The notes under the pieces: generated by a model
Database searches by the model: none
Told to the model about the DNA's origin: nothing
What the model saw: only the letters and a program-made list of their open reading frames with translations
Program-made: the position numbers and the translations under genes
DNA from: a virus
Strand: one strand, 5' to 3'
IMG/VR virus record: IMGVR_UViG_3300046332_000238
Span: 1-64,000 of that record
DNA: 64,000 bases
Shown: piece by piece, positions 1-9,283 of the stretch
How positions within the stretch are numbered: position 1 is the first letter of the stretch
Layout of the letters: each line of letters opens with the position of its first letter

Positions 1-2
1 GC

Positions 3-269
3 ATTAATCATGTAGATACAAATAGTTATTGCCTTAAAACATCGGTTGCGATACAATTAGCATCTGCATGGCATGGAGGTTGGGGACAAGATCGTGTTTT
101 CTTAGCAACCGTTTCTAAGTATTTTCCTAACTATGATTGCACAAAAAAATATAGCGTCAACTATCGAGTTGATGGAAATGCCGGATCAGTTACTGGTGAT
201 TTCTTCCTAAATGGCAATGAAGTGATGAACAAAAAATATAATGGAGTTTTCCCATGGAATACAATTTAA
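3..269 (+). CDS. C-terminal fragment of probable glycosyltransferase (5' end outside window)
   Basis: Open frame INHVDTNSYCLK...WHGGWGQDRVF...VNYRVDGN ending TAA at 267-269; heads a glycan cluster. Confidence 0.55.
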   Translation: MNHVDTNSYCLKTSVAIQLASAWHGGWGQDRVFLATVSKYFPNYDCTKKYSVNYRVDGNAGSVTGDFFLNGNEVMNKKYNGVFPWNTI

Positions 270-1123
270 TTATCGGTGCAGCAACCGGTTACAACTACAA
301 TCAACTCAAGCCTTGGGCAGAATCTATTGGTAAAGTTTGCGATGAATACACCGATAAGGTGTTGTTTGTCGGTAATATGTCAGAAGAAACTAGATCGAAA
401 CTTATCGAACAGAATTTTCTTCTAATTGAAATGCCTAATCTTCCAGGTGTGCCAGTTCATGTTGCACGTTTTCTTGCAATCTATGACTACCTAAGAGATT
501 CACACAGACAATACAAATATGTTGTTACCACTGATGTAAAGGATGTTTATTTTCAAACCAATCCATTTAATTGGATGGATAAGATAATGACACCAGGTTC
601 AATGTGTCGTTTGGTTGTTGGTTCTGAAAGTATGTTGTATAAAGATGAACCTTGGGGCAATGAGAATCTTTTGCAAACTTATGGTCCATATGTACATAAC
701 ATATTCAAAGAAAATAAGATTTATAACGTTGGAGTGATCGGTGGTCATTCTGAATATGTAAAAGACTTAGTGTTCAACATATTCAGCAATGCGACCAACA
801 GGCCTATTCCTATCGTTGACCAAGCGGTCTTTAATGTATTGATACAGACCAGACCATACAAAGATGTAATTTACTTTGCAGAACAATCAGATGGTTGGGC
901 TTGTCAGGCAGGTACGACAGTTGATCCATCAAAAATTGAACAATTCCGACCATTCTTAACTGAAGCAGAACCAAGTTTCAAAGAAGGTATTGTATGGACA
1001 AGTAAAGAAACACCATTCTGTATCGTACACCAATATGATCGTGTACCAGAATGGAAGAAATTCATACAAGAGAAATACGAACAAGACGATCCAAATAACT
1101 TTTTTACATATAGGACAGCATAA
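254..1123 (+). CDS. Putative nucleotide-diphospho-sugar (GT-A) glycosyltransferase
   Basis: TTDVKDVYFQ DxxD-type motif, YNVGVIGG, DQAVFN, IVHQYDR. Confidence 0.65.
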   Translation: MEYNLIIGAATGYNYNQLKPWAESIGKVCDEYTDKVLFVGNMSEETRSKLIEQNFLLIEMPNLPGVPVHVARFLAIYDYLRDSHRQYKYVVTTDVKDVYFQTNPFNWMDKIMTPGSMCRLVVGSESMLYKDEPWGNENLLQTYGPYVHNIFKENKIYNVGVIGGHSEYVKDLVFNIFSNATNRPIPIVDQAVFNVLIQTRPYKDVIYFAEQSDGWACQAGTTVDPSKIEQFRPFLTEAEPSFKEGIVWTSKETPFCIVHQYDRVPEWKKFIQEKYEQDDPNNFFTYRTA

Positions 1124-1692
1124 TGAGTGATGTGATTAAATTTAACACCGAAACACAGGCATTTGGTATCATACCAGGACAATTCAAATGTTCAGGTTAT
1201 GGTCTTGCAGAACTAATCAAAGACATTCCTAATTCAAGAGGAATTGAAATTGGATGTGATGTTGGTGACACCACAGAATTTCTATTGAAAACACATCAGA
1301 CTTTAATGCTTGATGGTGTTGATCCATACGAAAATTATGTCGATTGGAACGGTAACAACCTAAACGAACGACAAGTTGTTTATGATAATTTCATGCAACG
1401 AGTAAAACCATTCGGTACACGATTCAATTTGTTCCGTGAATATTCAGATGATGCTGCAAAAGAAATTGCAGATGAACATTACGACTTTATCTTTATTGAT
1501 GGTTTACATACTTACGAACAGTTGACCAAAGATTGTGCAAACTATTACTCTAAAGTGAAACCTGGTGGTATCTTTGCAGGACACGATTACAATGCCATTG
1601 AAGGTGTTCGTCGGGCTGCTGATGAATTTGCTGCAAGTGTCGGTAAAGAGATTCTTAAAACTGAATGTGACGTTTGGTACTGGGTAAAATGA
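1123..1692 (+). CDS. Class I SAM-dependent methyltransferase (Methyltransf_24-like)
   Basis: IEIGCDVG, VDPY, DFIFIDGLHTYE, KPGGIFAGHDY. Confidence 0.85.
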   Translation: MSDVIKFNTETQAFGIIPGQFKCSGYGLAELIKDIPNSRGIEIGCDVGDTTEFLLKTHQTLMLDGVDPYENYVDWNGNNLNERQVVYDNFMQRVKPFGTRFNLFREYSDDAAKEIADEHYDFIFIDGLHTYEQLTKDCANYYSKVKPGGIFAGHDYNAIEGVRRAADEFAASVGKEILKTECDVWYWVK

Positions 1693-2390
1693 AAAAGTGC
1701 ATAGTGTTGTCGGGTGAATATAGAACTTTCGATAAGACATGGCAAAACATCCAAAAATTCATTGAGTTGAATGATTTGGATGTTTATTGCCATGTGTGGG
1801 CAGATAAAAATTCAACCGAAAATAAAAGACAATTCCATGCGATTCGTGATAGGTTAAAACCGAAACAAATGTTGCAAGAACCAATGGAACCATATTGTGA
1901 CATCTTTGATGGCATCGACCAACACATTAGATTCAATAATCCAAAAGGTCCTAATCAAGACCGTCTTGCAGGTAATGCTTCGATGCATTATAGTAGAAAA
2001 AAGGCATTTGATTTAATCAAAGAAGAATATGATGTGTTGGTATATTGCAGATATGATATAGCAATTACCCCATTTGAGTTTCATGCAAATATTCCTGTAT
2101 TGTTGTCACCAACGGAACAGGCATATAATATCATCTCTGATATTTTTGCAATCATGCCGTTTGAATTTGCACCAGATTACTTTTTGTATGATAATTATGA
2201 ACAACTACATTCCACACCGTTTGAACCAGAGTTTGAGAACTGGTTGCGCGATGTGAAAAACTATGGTGAAGAAAATATCAGAATACATAAAGAAGATCGA
2301 TATTGTCCTCATATGATGTTATTAAATAACTTAGTCATGAATGATGTTCCTTACACACTATTAGATTTGCCTGTACAAATACAACGATGA
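1689..2390 (+). CDS. Putative glycosyltransferase-like protein
   Basis: N-terminal CIVLSGEYR, DVYCHVW, YCRYD; paralogous to next ORF; ATG overlaps upstream stop. Confidence 0.5.
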   Translation: MKKCIVLSGEYRTFDKTWQNIQKFIELNDLDVYCHVWADKNSTENKRQFHAIRDRLKPKQMLQEPMEPYCDIFDGIDQHIRFNNPKGPNQDRLAGNASMHYSRKKAFDLIKEEYDVLVYCRYDIAITPFEFHANIPVLLSPTEQAYNIISDIFAIMPFEFAPDYFLYDNYEQLHSTPFEPEFENWLRDVKNYGEENIRIHKEDRYCPHMMLLNNLVMNDVPYTLLDLPVQIQR

Positions 2391-3061
2391 AAATTGCATT
2401 ATGTTTTTCTGGCCAAGCCAGATCATTTGAAAAAGGTTACGAATACTATAAACGTAACCTGTTGGATCATTATGATGTGGATGTGTATATTCATTCTTGG
2501 AAATTCCCAGAGAGTGAGAAGATGATTGAATTGTACAGACCTAGAGCCTGTCAATTTGAAACACCACTTGTCAATGATGCTAATGAGAAATACACCAATA
2601 CTCCAAACGCATCCAAATACCCTCCACAGTCTACATTCAATATGTTCTATTCGATGTTTGAATGTAGTCAGATGATTGGCAAGGAGTATGATTGGATCAT
2701 TCGTTCACGACCTGATTATGCACTGAATGTAAAGATTCCGTTTGAAGAACTAGATAACACCAAGTTATACATTCCTAATTGCAGAATGGTACCAGAAAGA
2801 GATTTTGGTAATGACCAATTTGCATTTAGTAGTTGGGAGAATATGTTATCGTATATGTCAACATATATTTTCTTAGATGATTATTATAATGAAGGAGCTC
2901 AGTTCATTGGTGAAGATTTAATGCAGGCAAATCTACGTCATAGAAATCTTTGTGGAGAAAATCTTGTTTATGTCAATATGAACAATCCATTCCCACCAGG
3001 TAAACATAATGGAACTTGGCATTCTCTGATTAGAGATGATTACGAACAATGGACAAAGTAG
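2387..3061 (+). CDS. Putative glycosyltransferase-like protein
   Basis: MKIALCFSGQARS, DVYIHSW, YDWIIRSRPD, NDQFAF; pattern typical of phage glycan clusters. Confidence 0.55.
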   Translation: MKIALCFSGQARSFEKGYEYYKRNLLDHYDVDVYIHSWKFPESEKMIELYRPRACQFETPLVNDANEKYTNTPNASKYPPQSTFNMFYSMFECSQMIGKEYDWIIRSRPDYALNVKIPFEELDNTKLYIPNCRMVPERDFGNDQFAFSSWENMLSYMSTYIFLDDYYNEGAQFIGEDLMQANLRHRNLCGENLVYVNMNNPFPPGKHNGTWHSLIRDDYEQWTK

Positions 3062-3792
3062 TAAAGGAATTTAAAGGACATTCTGGAAGTAAAGTGTATC
3101 TCATGGAAGATATGGACACACTTTACGTTAAGAAGATTGGTAATATAGAACGGAACATAGAGAGGTTAAAAGACCTTCATGATAAAGGTTATCCTGTTCC
3201 TAAATTGTATTACTATGATGAAGATTATGTTTCTATGGAATACATCCATGGAATGGATATGAAGAACTACTTGATCCATAATAATATAAACCAATTAAGC
3301 CGGTTTATAATTAACACCTTAAGCAGTTTTGGTGTTTCTTCAACATCAAAATACTACACCGATATATATGACAGCAAGATTTCATGGATTGATGGAACAG
3401 AAGGTTTTCCATTCAAAAAAGAAGAATTAATAGCAAGATTACCAGAATATCTACCTCAATCCACATATCATGGTGATATGACACTAGAAAACATCATGTC
3501 TGGTAACAAACAATTCTACATGATTGATGCTGTATCGATTGAATATGATTCATACATATTTGATATAGCCAAGATGAGACAAGATTTGGAGTGTAAATGG
3601 TTTATCAGAAATGATGATGTCAAACTGGATGTCAAGTTAAAGAATCTTCAGGATAGAATACTAGAAAAGTTCCCATTAGCAAACAATGATTACCTTCTAA
3701 TACTGATGTTGTTGCGTGTCTATAAGCATACAGTAAAAGGTGATCCAGAACATGAATTTATAATGAAAGAGATTAAAAGATTATGGAAATAA
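3049..3792 (+). CDS. APH/choline-kinase-like phosphotransferase
   Basis: GHSGSKV Gly loop, MEYIHG, HGDMTLEN catalytic loop, MID. Confidence 0.75.
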   Translation: MDKVVKEFKGHSGSKVYLMEDMDTLYVKKIGNIERNIERLKDLHDKGYPVPKLYYYDEDYVSMEYIHGMDMKNYLIHNNINQLSRFIINTLSSFGVSSTSKYYTDIYDSKISWIDGTEGFPFKKEELIARLPEYLPQSTYHGDMTLENIMSGNKQFYMIDAVSIEYDSYIFDIAKMRQDLECKWFIRNDDVKLDVKLKNLQDRILEKFPLANNDYLLILMLLRVYKHTVKGDPEHEFIMKEIKRLWK

Positions 3793-4811
3793 TTGTACCT
3801 GCAGCCGGATTGTCGACCAGATTTCCGGATATGAAACCAAAATATCTGCTGTATGATTACAAACATGAATTGATGTTAGCGAATGCCATTAAACCATATT
3901 TGTATCTGGGCATTAAAGTCAACATTGGTATTCTGAAAGAACATGATGAGAAATACAATGCGTCAGAATTCCTGAAACATGAATTTGGTCATGATATTAA
4001 TATTGTTGTCTTAGATCAACCAACCAAAGGTCCTGCTGATACTGTGTACCAGATTCTGATGAAAACTGGTTTACATACATCACCAATTCTCATTAAAGAT
4101 TGTGATAGTTTCTTCAATCATGATATTGATACAGGAAATTATGTTTGTGTTTCGAAAATATATCAACACGAAGTCTTGAAGAAATTATCTTCTAAAAGTT
4201 TTGTGGTTTCGAACGAACAAGATATCATTACCGATATTGTTGAGAAACGAGTTGTTTCGGATACATTCTGTGTTGGTGGTTACAAATTCTCCAGTGCAGC
4301 ACTATACAAAGAGACATATCAACAAATTTCACAACAGAATGAAATCTTTGTTTCGGATGTTATTGGTCGATGCATCAATTCAGGTTCAATCTTTACTGAA
4401 AAAGTTGTGACTGATTATACCGATGTTGGTACCGCACAAGATTGGTTTGAGTATAATGATAAGCCAGTAATCTTCTGTGATATTGATGGTACAATCATTG
4501 AGGCACAATCTCGTGTTGGTAAAAATGATTATTCGTCACCACCAGTTGTGTTAACCAAGAATGTTGAACGTCTTTTGGAATTATATAATAAAGGTGCTCA
4601 GATCATCTTTACAACTGCACGACAATCATACCATATAAAAGTCACCAGGAAGATACTGGACGATTTAGGATTCATTAATTGTAGTCTGATAATGGATTTG
4701 AAGAACGCTCGTAGGATCGTAATTAATGACTTTAATAATGCAAACCCATTCCCAAGAGCAGAAGCAATCAACATAGTTAGAAATTCGGATACATTATGCA
4801 ATTACCTATAA
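3783..4811 (+). CDS. Sugar nucleotidyltransferase fused to HAD phosphatase
   Basis: IVPAAGLSTRF..KPK NTP-transferase motif; C-terminal CDIDGT, TTAR HAD motifs. Confidence 0.8.
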   Translation: MEIIVPAAGLSTRFPDMKPKYLLYDYKHELMLANAIKPYLYLGIKVNIGILKEHDEKYNASEFLKHEFGHDINIVVLDQPTKGPADTVYQILMKTGLHTSPILIKDCDSFFNHDIDTGNYVCVSKIYQHEVLKKLSSKSFVVSNEQDIITDIVEKRVVSDTFCVGGYKFSSAALYKETYQQISQQNEIFVSDVIGRCINSGSIFTEKVVTDYTDVGTAQDWFEYNDKPVIFCDIDGTIIEAQSRVGKNDYSSPPVVLTKNVERLLELYNKGAQIIFTTARQSYHIKVTRKILDDLGFINCSLIMDLKNARRIVINDFNNANPFPRAEAINIVRNSDTLCNYL

Positions 4812-5503
4812 TTCCAGATAAAAACCTGTTCATAGTAACTTCTGCTGTCAAACCAGTAATTGGTGTTTTTGACCATGATGAAAGGTTTGAACAAACAATC
4901 ACATCACTGAAATCTATACGAAATAAAGTTCCTGATGCGATCATATTGTTGGTTGATTGTTCGGTATCAACACTAACCCATGATGAGAAGAAGTTGCTGA
5001 CTGAAAACTCCAATATTTTTCTGAATTTGTCATCAGAACCAAATTGTGCCCATTTTTCAAAGACGGGCATGAAAAGTCATGCAGAAAATGCCATGTTGTT
5101 TTTCACATTACAGACATTGAAGAATAACAAAGATATCAGTAACCTATTAAACACAGTCAAAAGAATTTTCAAGTTTTCTGCAAGGTCTGAGTTGGATGAT
5201 ACCTTTGATATTACTGAATATGACAACCTTTTTGGTAAATTTGTATTCAAAGATCGCCTTCCAACATGGATGTCAAATGTTCAACATGGCGCAGACCACC
5301 TGTTTATTACCAGGATGTTTTCATTTTGTCCGTCTTTGATCGACACATATTTGCAGGTTATACAGAAAAATATGCAGGTTTTGGATACCTTGGATACCGA
5401 ACATGCACACTTTGTAAACATTCCCAAAGACAACCTGGTTGAATTTGTAATGATACATTGTCATGGATGGCTTGCGGGAAATGGCGAAATCGAATATTAT
5501 TGA
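4796..5503 (+). CDS. Hypothetical, glycosyltransferase-like
   Basis: Last ORF of glycan cluster; FIVTS...ERFEQT..SIR..P..IILLVDCS GT-A-like start. Confidence 0.4.
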   Translation: MQLPIIPDKNLFIVTSAVKPVIGVFDHDERFEQTITSLKSIRNKVPDAIILLVDCSVSTLTHDEKKLLTENSNIFLNLSSEPNCAHFSKTGMKSHAENAMLFFTLQTLKNNKDISNLLNTVKRIFKFSARSELDDTFDITEYDNLFGKFVFKDRLPTWMSNVQHGADHLFITRMFSFCPSLIDTYLQVIQKNMQVLDTLDTEHAHFVNIPKDNLVEFVMIHCHGWLAGNGEIEYY

Positions 5504-5536
5504 CAACTATATATCGATCCCAACAATTCTATTTTC

Positions 5537-5577
5537 TTGCCATTTTTGGCCAGATGAGTTATAATATTGTATAAATA
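5537..5577 (+). promoter_or_regulatory. Sigma70-like promoter plus T4-type late promoter
   Basis: TTGCCA(5537)-17-TATAAT(5560), then TATAAATA at 5570-5577 and a GCAAC-N8-GTTGC hairpin before the RBS. Confidence 0.7.
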
Positions 5578-5624
5578 ACCTAACAAGGCAACCATAGTGT
5601 GTTGCATTTCTTAAAGGTATTCCA

Positions 5625-6842
5625 ATGAAATCATTTATCTCCTTCTTAAAAGAAGAAACTGAAGAATCTAGTCAGCTGAAACATATTCATCACGCTGAAG
5701 ATCGTCCACTAATGCATGGCCATGCGGGTTTCGAACACGCATTTGGTGCTCTACATCAGGCTCATGCACATATTAAGGCTGGTCACCAGAGCAGCAATCT
5801 AACGATGAAATATGATGGTTCTCCATCAATTGTCTTTGGTCACCACCCCAAAACTGGTAAATTCTTTGTTGCAACGAAGTCAGCATTCAACAAGAATCCA
5901 AAGATCAATCACACCGAAGCGGATATTGACAAGAACCACGGTCATGCACCAGGTCTTGCACATACACTAAAACATGCTCTGAAACATCTACCTAAAGTAA
6001 CACCAAAAACTGGTGTTTACCAAGGTGACCTGATGCACCATGCAGATACCAAGACCTTACATGAAGGTTATATGGTTGAAGCGAAATCAAGTAAGGTTTC
6101 GTTTACTCCAAACACCATCACTTATACTGCTCACGGTCCAGAAGCAGAAAAGATCAAGAAATCTAAAGTTGGTGTGGTTGTTCATCAACAATATCACGGT
6201 TCGGATATTGACAAGATGCACGCTTCTGCTCATCCTGATATGAGCAAGTTCAAAGAACATCCAGACGTTCACTTACATGGTGCAGAACATGATACCAGTA
6301 AAGTTAAACACAGTGAACAAAATGAAAAGACCTTCCAGAAGCACATGACTGCTGCCAAAGAGATTCATGACACACATGGTCATAAAATGTATGATGCGGT
6401 TCATCCAAAACACTCAGGTGAGACTGGCCATCTATCGACATACATTAACCATACTGTAAGACACGATGAAGTTCCTAGTGTTGAAGGATTTAAGAAACAT
6501 CTGAAATCTCAACATGATAAGATGGCATCTAAAGTCAAAACAGAAAAATCAAAAGCAGAAAAGACTAAACAAGGCGAATCTGAACTTGCACACGTTGAGA
6601 AACATAAAGCACACTATGGTAATCTTTTTGCAATGCATCATCACCTACATCAGGCAAAAAATGCATTGGTCAATTCTTTAGAGACACATGAAGGTAGATA
6701 TCAACACCACATTGAAGGTAAGAAATCAAAGCCAGAAGGTTTTGTAGTTAATCACAAACCAGAAGGTGGAAAAGAAGAACCTACTAAGTTGGTCAATCGT
6801 GCTGAATTTGCAAAACAGAATCTATTAAAAGTTAGAAAATGA
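5625..6842 (+). CDS. His-rich ligase-fold nucleotidyltransferase (DUF6267-like), probable internal virion protein
   Basis: KYDG (motif I), QGDLM, PEGFVV (IV), TKLV (V); N-terminus MKSFISFLKEE; about 53 His in 405 aa by hand count. Confidence 0.6.
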   Translation: MKSFISFLKEETEESSQLKHIHHAEDRPLMHGHAGFEHAFGALHQAHAHIKAGHQSSNLTMKYDGSPSIVFGHHPKTGKFFVATKSAFNKNPKINHTEADIDKNHGHAPGLAHTLKHALKHLPKVTPKTGVYQGDLMHHADTKTLHEGYMVEAKSSKVSFTPNTITYTAHGPEAEKIKKSKVGVVVHQQYHGSDIDKMHASAHPDMSKFKEHPDVHLHGAEHDTSKVKHSEQNEKTFQKHMTAAKEIHDTHGHKMYDAVHPKHSGETGHLSTYINHTVRHDEVPSVEGFKKHLKSQHDKMASKVKTEKSKAEKTKQGESELAHVEKHKAHYGNLFAMHHHLHQAKNALVNSLETHEGRYQHHIEGKKSKPEGFVVNHKPEGGKEEPTKLVNRAEFAKQNLLKVRK

Positions 6843-7465
6843 TATCCTTTAAGGACTTTTTAGTTGAAGAACAGAAACCAAAAACACTTCATGCATTTGA
6901 CATGGATGAGGTGTTGTTTCACCACGACAATTCAAAAGTAAAGGTTCATGTAAAAGACAAAGAAGGTAAGCACGTTAAATCATTGACGAATCAAGAATTC
7001 AATTCACACAAATTAGAGCCAGGTCATAAGTATGACTTTAGTGAGTTTCGTTCTTCTAAGGTGTTCAAGAAATCTGCACATCCTATTCACAAAATGATTA
7101 ACAAATTAAAGGCGATACATAAGAATAAACAAGATGTTAATATCGTAACTGCTCGTGCAGATATGGATAATAAACATCATTTTAAAGATACACTACATAA
7201 ACATGGTATTGATGCTGATAAAGTTCATGTTCGCCGTGCTGGTAACTTGAATGCTCCTAGTCCAGGAGAAGCAAAACATAAAGTAATTAGTGATTTGATT
7301 AAAAAACATGGTTACAAAAAGGTTCACTTGTATGATGATTCTAAGGATAACTTGCATCACTTCTTAAAATTAAAGCATGAACATCCGAATGTTGAATTAC
7401 ATGCTCATCACATTGAACACAATCCAGATACTGGCCACGTTAAAACTACAACTACCGTCAAATGA
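6839..7465 (+). CDS. His-rich HAD-family phosphatase (PNKP 3'-phosphatase-like)
   Basis: FDMDEVLF, VTAR, K, LYDDS HAD motifs; N-terminus MISFKDFLVEE. Confidence 0.7.
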   Translation: MISFKDFLVEEQKPKTLHAFDMDEVLFHHDNSKVKVHVKDKEGKHVKSLTNQEFNSHKLEPGHKYDFSEFRSSKVFKKSAHPIHKMINKLKAIHKNKQDVNIVTARADMDNKHHFKDTLHKHGIDADKVHVRRAGNLNAPSPGEAKHKVISDLIKKHGYKKVHLYDDSKDNLHHFLKLKHEHPNVELHAHHIEHNPDTGHVKTTTTVK

Positions 7466-9270
7466 AATCGTTTTTAGAATTAGTAGAAGAAACAAAAGCA
7501 CCAGAGCATCACCATGTGATGACTTTTGGTCGAATGAATCCGCCTACAACCGGTCATCTTAAATTAATTGACAAAGTAAAAGAGATTGCAAAGAAGCACA
7601 ATGCAACTCATACTGTTGTCACATCACATTCACAAGATGCTAAAAAGAATCCATTATCTGCTGAACAGAAGGTTAAACACCTGAAACGTTATTCGCCAGG
7701 TACAAACTTCCAAGCGTCTACCAAAGAACATCCAACATTCTTGCATCATGCCGCAGAACTACACAAGAAAGGTGTAACTCACCTTCATATGGTAGTTGGT
7801 TCTGATCGTGTAAAAGAAATGAAGGAGAAGTTACACAAGTATAATGGTACACACGAAGGTGCATTGTATAATTTCAAGAAAGTTACTGTACATTCTGCTG
7901 GCGAACGTGATCCTGATGCAGAAGGTACTGAAGGTATGTCCGGCACTAAGATGCGTGAACATGCTAAGAACAAAGATGTGAAATCTTTTAAACAAGGTGT
8001 TCCATCTCATGTTTCAGACACACACGCAAAAGAATTGATGCATGATACCCGTACAGGTATGGGACTGCACGAATCTGCATATCACGGTATCTTCAAAGCA
8101 ATTTTTGTTACTGGTGGACCTGGTTCAGGTAAAGATGTTGTTATCCGTGAAGCGATTGCAGAACAACGTGCTGTTGAATTGAATTCAGTACAAGCATTTG
8201 AATACTTGGCAGATAAACAGAAGTTATCAGAAAAGACTAGTGATTATCGTAGAGAAGCAATTCGTAACCGTACACCATTAATCATCAATGGTCCTGCAAA
8301 CGATAATGAACGCATCTTGTACATCAAAGAAGAATTAGAAGAACTTGGTTACTCCACACTGATGGTTTTTGTGGACACCAATGAACAAGCAAGTAAAGAG
8401 AGAAATGAAAAACTGACTAAAATGGTTTCTGAGTCGGTTCGCCATGATAAATGGTTGCAATCACAAAGAAACAAAACAACTTTCTCCAAGAAGTTTGAAG
8501 ATTTCATCTATTTTGACAACAGTGCGTCATTCGTCGATGACGAGATAATGACGGAAACATACCAACAAGTTAATGCGTTCATTGATGGAAAATCATACAA
8601 TGATGTAGCATTCTCATGGTTGGAGAACCAAGGTAAACTGAATATCAACGGTTCAATTAAATCTCTCTATAAGGAAAACAAAAATGTTAACAAAACTAGT
8701 AACCAAGATTCTAAGTCTATTCAAAAAACCAGAGGTGTTACCATCACCGCCGGTAGAAGTCCAAAAGCAGACGGTCCAGACGATTTCACCCCAGACAATC
8801 AAGCAACCGACCCCAACGCAGACAACATCAAGTGGGACGCCAACAAAAAAAGAGGCGGTTACACCTTCAAAACCTACACCGAAGCCAAAGGGTCAGCCAA
8901 AGAACCCACCATCAAAGTCTATCCCGAACCCAAAGAAACCAAGTTCAGCAAAGACAAAGAAAAAATAAAGAATTCGAAATGGTTAAATAGTCCATCAGGT
9001 GCCATTAAAGCTCCAGGAATTGGACCAGAATATGACACCCGCACCCAAGGAACAGTATATCCTATGTCAGGTATGGGTGATGTGACGTACCGAGAAGAAA
9101 CAAACTTCAAGTCTTTCAGAAACAGAATTAAAGAAGCCATCGATGATCCAGGTGCAAACGACATGGGTGTTGGTGGTGTCTTAAATGGTGCTTCGAATAA
9201 AGAACCTTTAGTTACACCACAAGATGTTAAAAATGGTGGATTACTAATAAAGAAAAAAAAGAATCGTTAA
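7462..9270 (+). CDS. Cytidylyltransferase-like (HxGH) domain plus P-loop kinase domain
   Basis: FGRMNPPTTGH, KNPL, VGSDR, MSGTKMR; second domain VTGGPGSGKD Walker A. Confidence 0.75.
   Translation: MKSFLELVEETKAPEHHHVMTFGRMNPPTTGHLKLIDKVKEIAKKHNATHTVVTSHSQDAKKNPLSAEQKVKHLKRYSPGTNFQASTKEHPTFLHHAAELHKKGVTHLHMVVGSDRVKEMKEKLHKYNGTHEGALYNFKKVTVHSAGERDPDAEGTEGMSGTKMREHAKNKDVKSFKQGVPSHVSDTHAKELMHDTRTGMGLHESAYHGIFKAIFVTGGPGSGKDVVIREAIAEQRAVELNSVQAFEYLADKQKLSEKTSDYRREAIRNRTPLIINGPANDNERILYIKEELEELGYSTLMVFVDTNEQASKERNEKLTKMVSESVRHDKWLQSQRNKTTFSKKFEDFIYFDNSASFVDDEIMTETYQQVNAFIDGKSYNDVAFSWLENQGKLNINGSIKSLYKENKNVNKTSNQDSKSIQKTRGVTITAGRSPKADGPDDFTPDNQATDPNADNIKWDANKKRGGYTFKTYTEAKGSAKEPTIKVYPEPKETKFSKDKEKIKNSKWLNSPSGAIKAPGIGPEYDTRTQGTVYPMSGMGDVTYREETNFKSFRNRIKEAIDDPGANDMGVGGVLNGASNKEPLVTPQDVKNGGLLIKKKKNR
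8684..8968 (+). CDS. Candidate overprinted Pro/Thr/Lys-rich small protein (+1 frame inside 7462-9270)
   Basis: AAGGA RBS upstream, amphipathic N-terminus, local shift of host-frame third positions to C. Confidence 0.5.
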   Translation: MLTKLVTKILSLFKKPEVLPSPPVEVQKQTVQTISPQTIKQPTPTQTTSSGTPTKKEAVTPSKPTPKPKGQPKNPPSKSIPNPKKPSSAKTKKK

Positions 9271-9283
9271 TACGGAGAAAACT

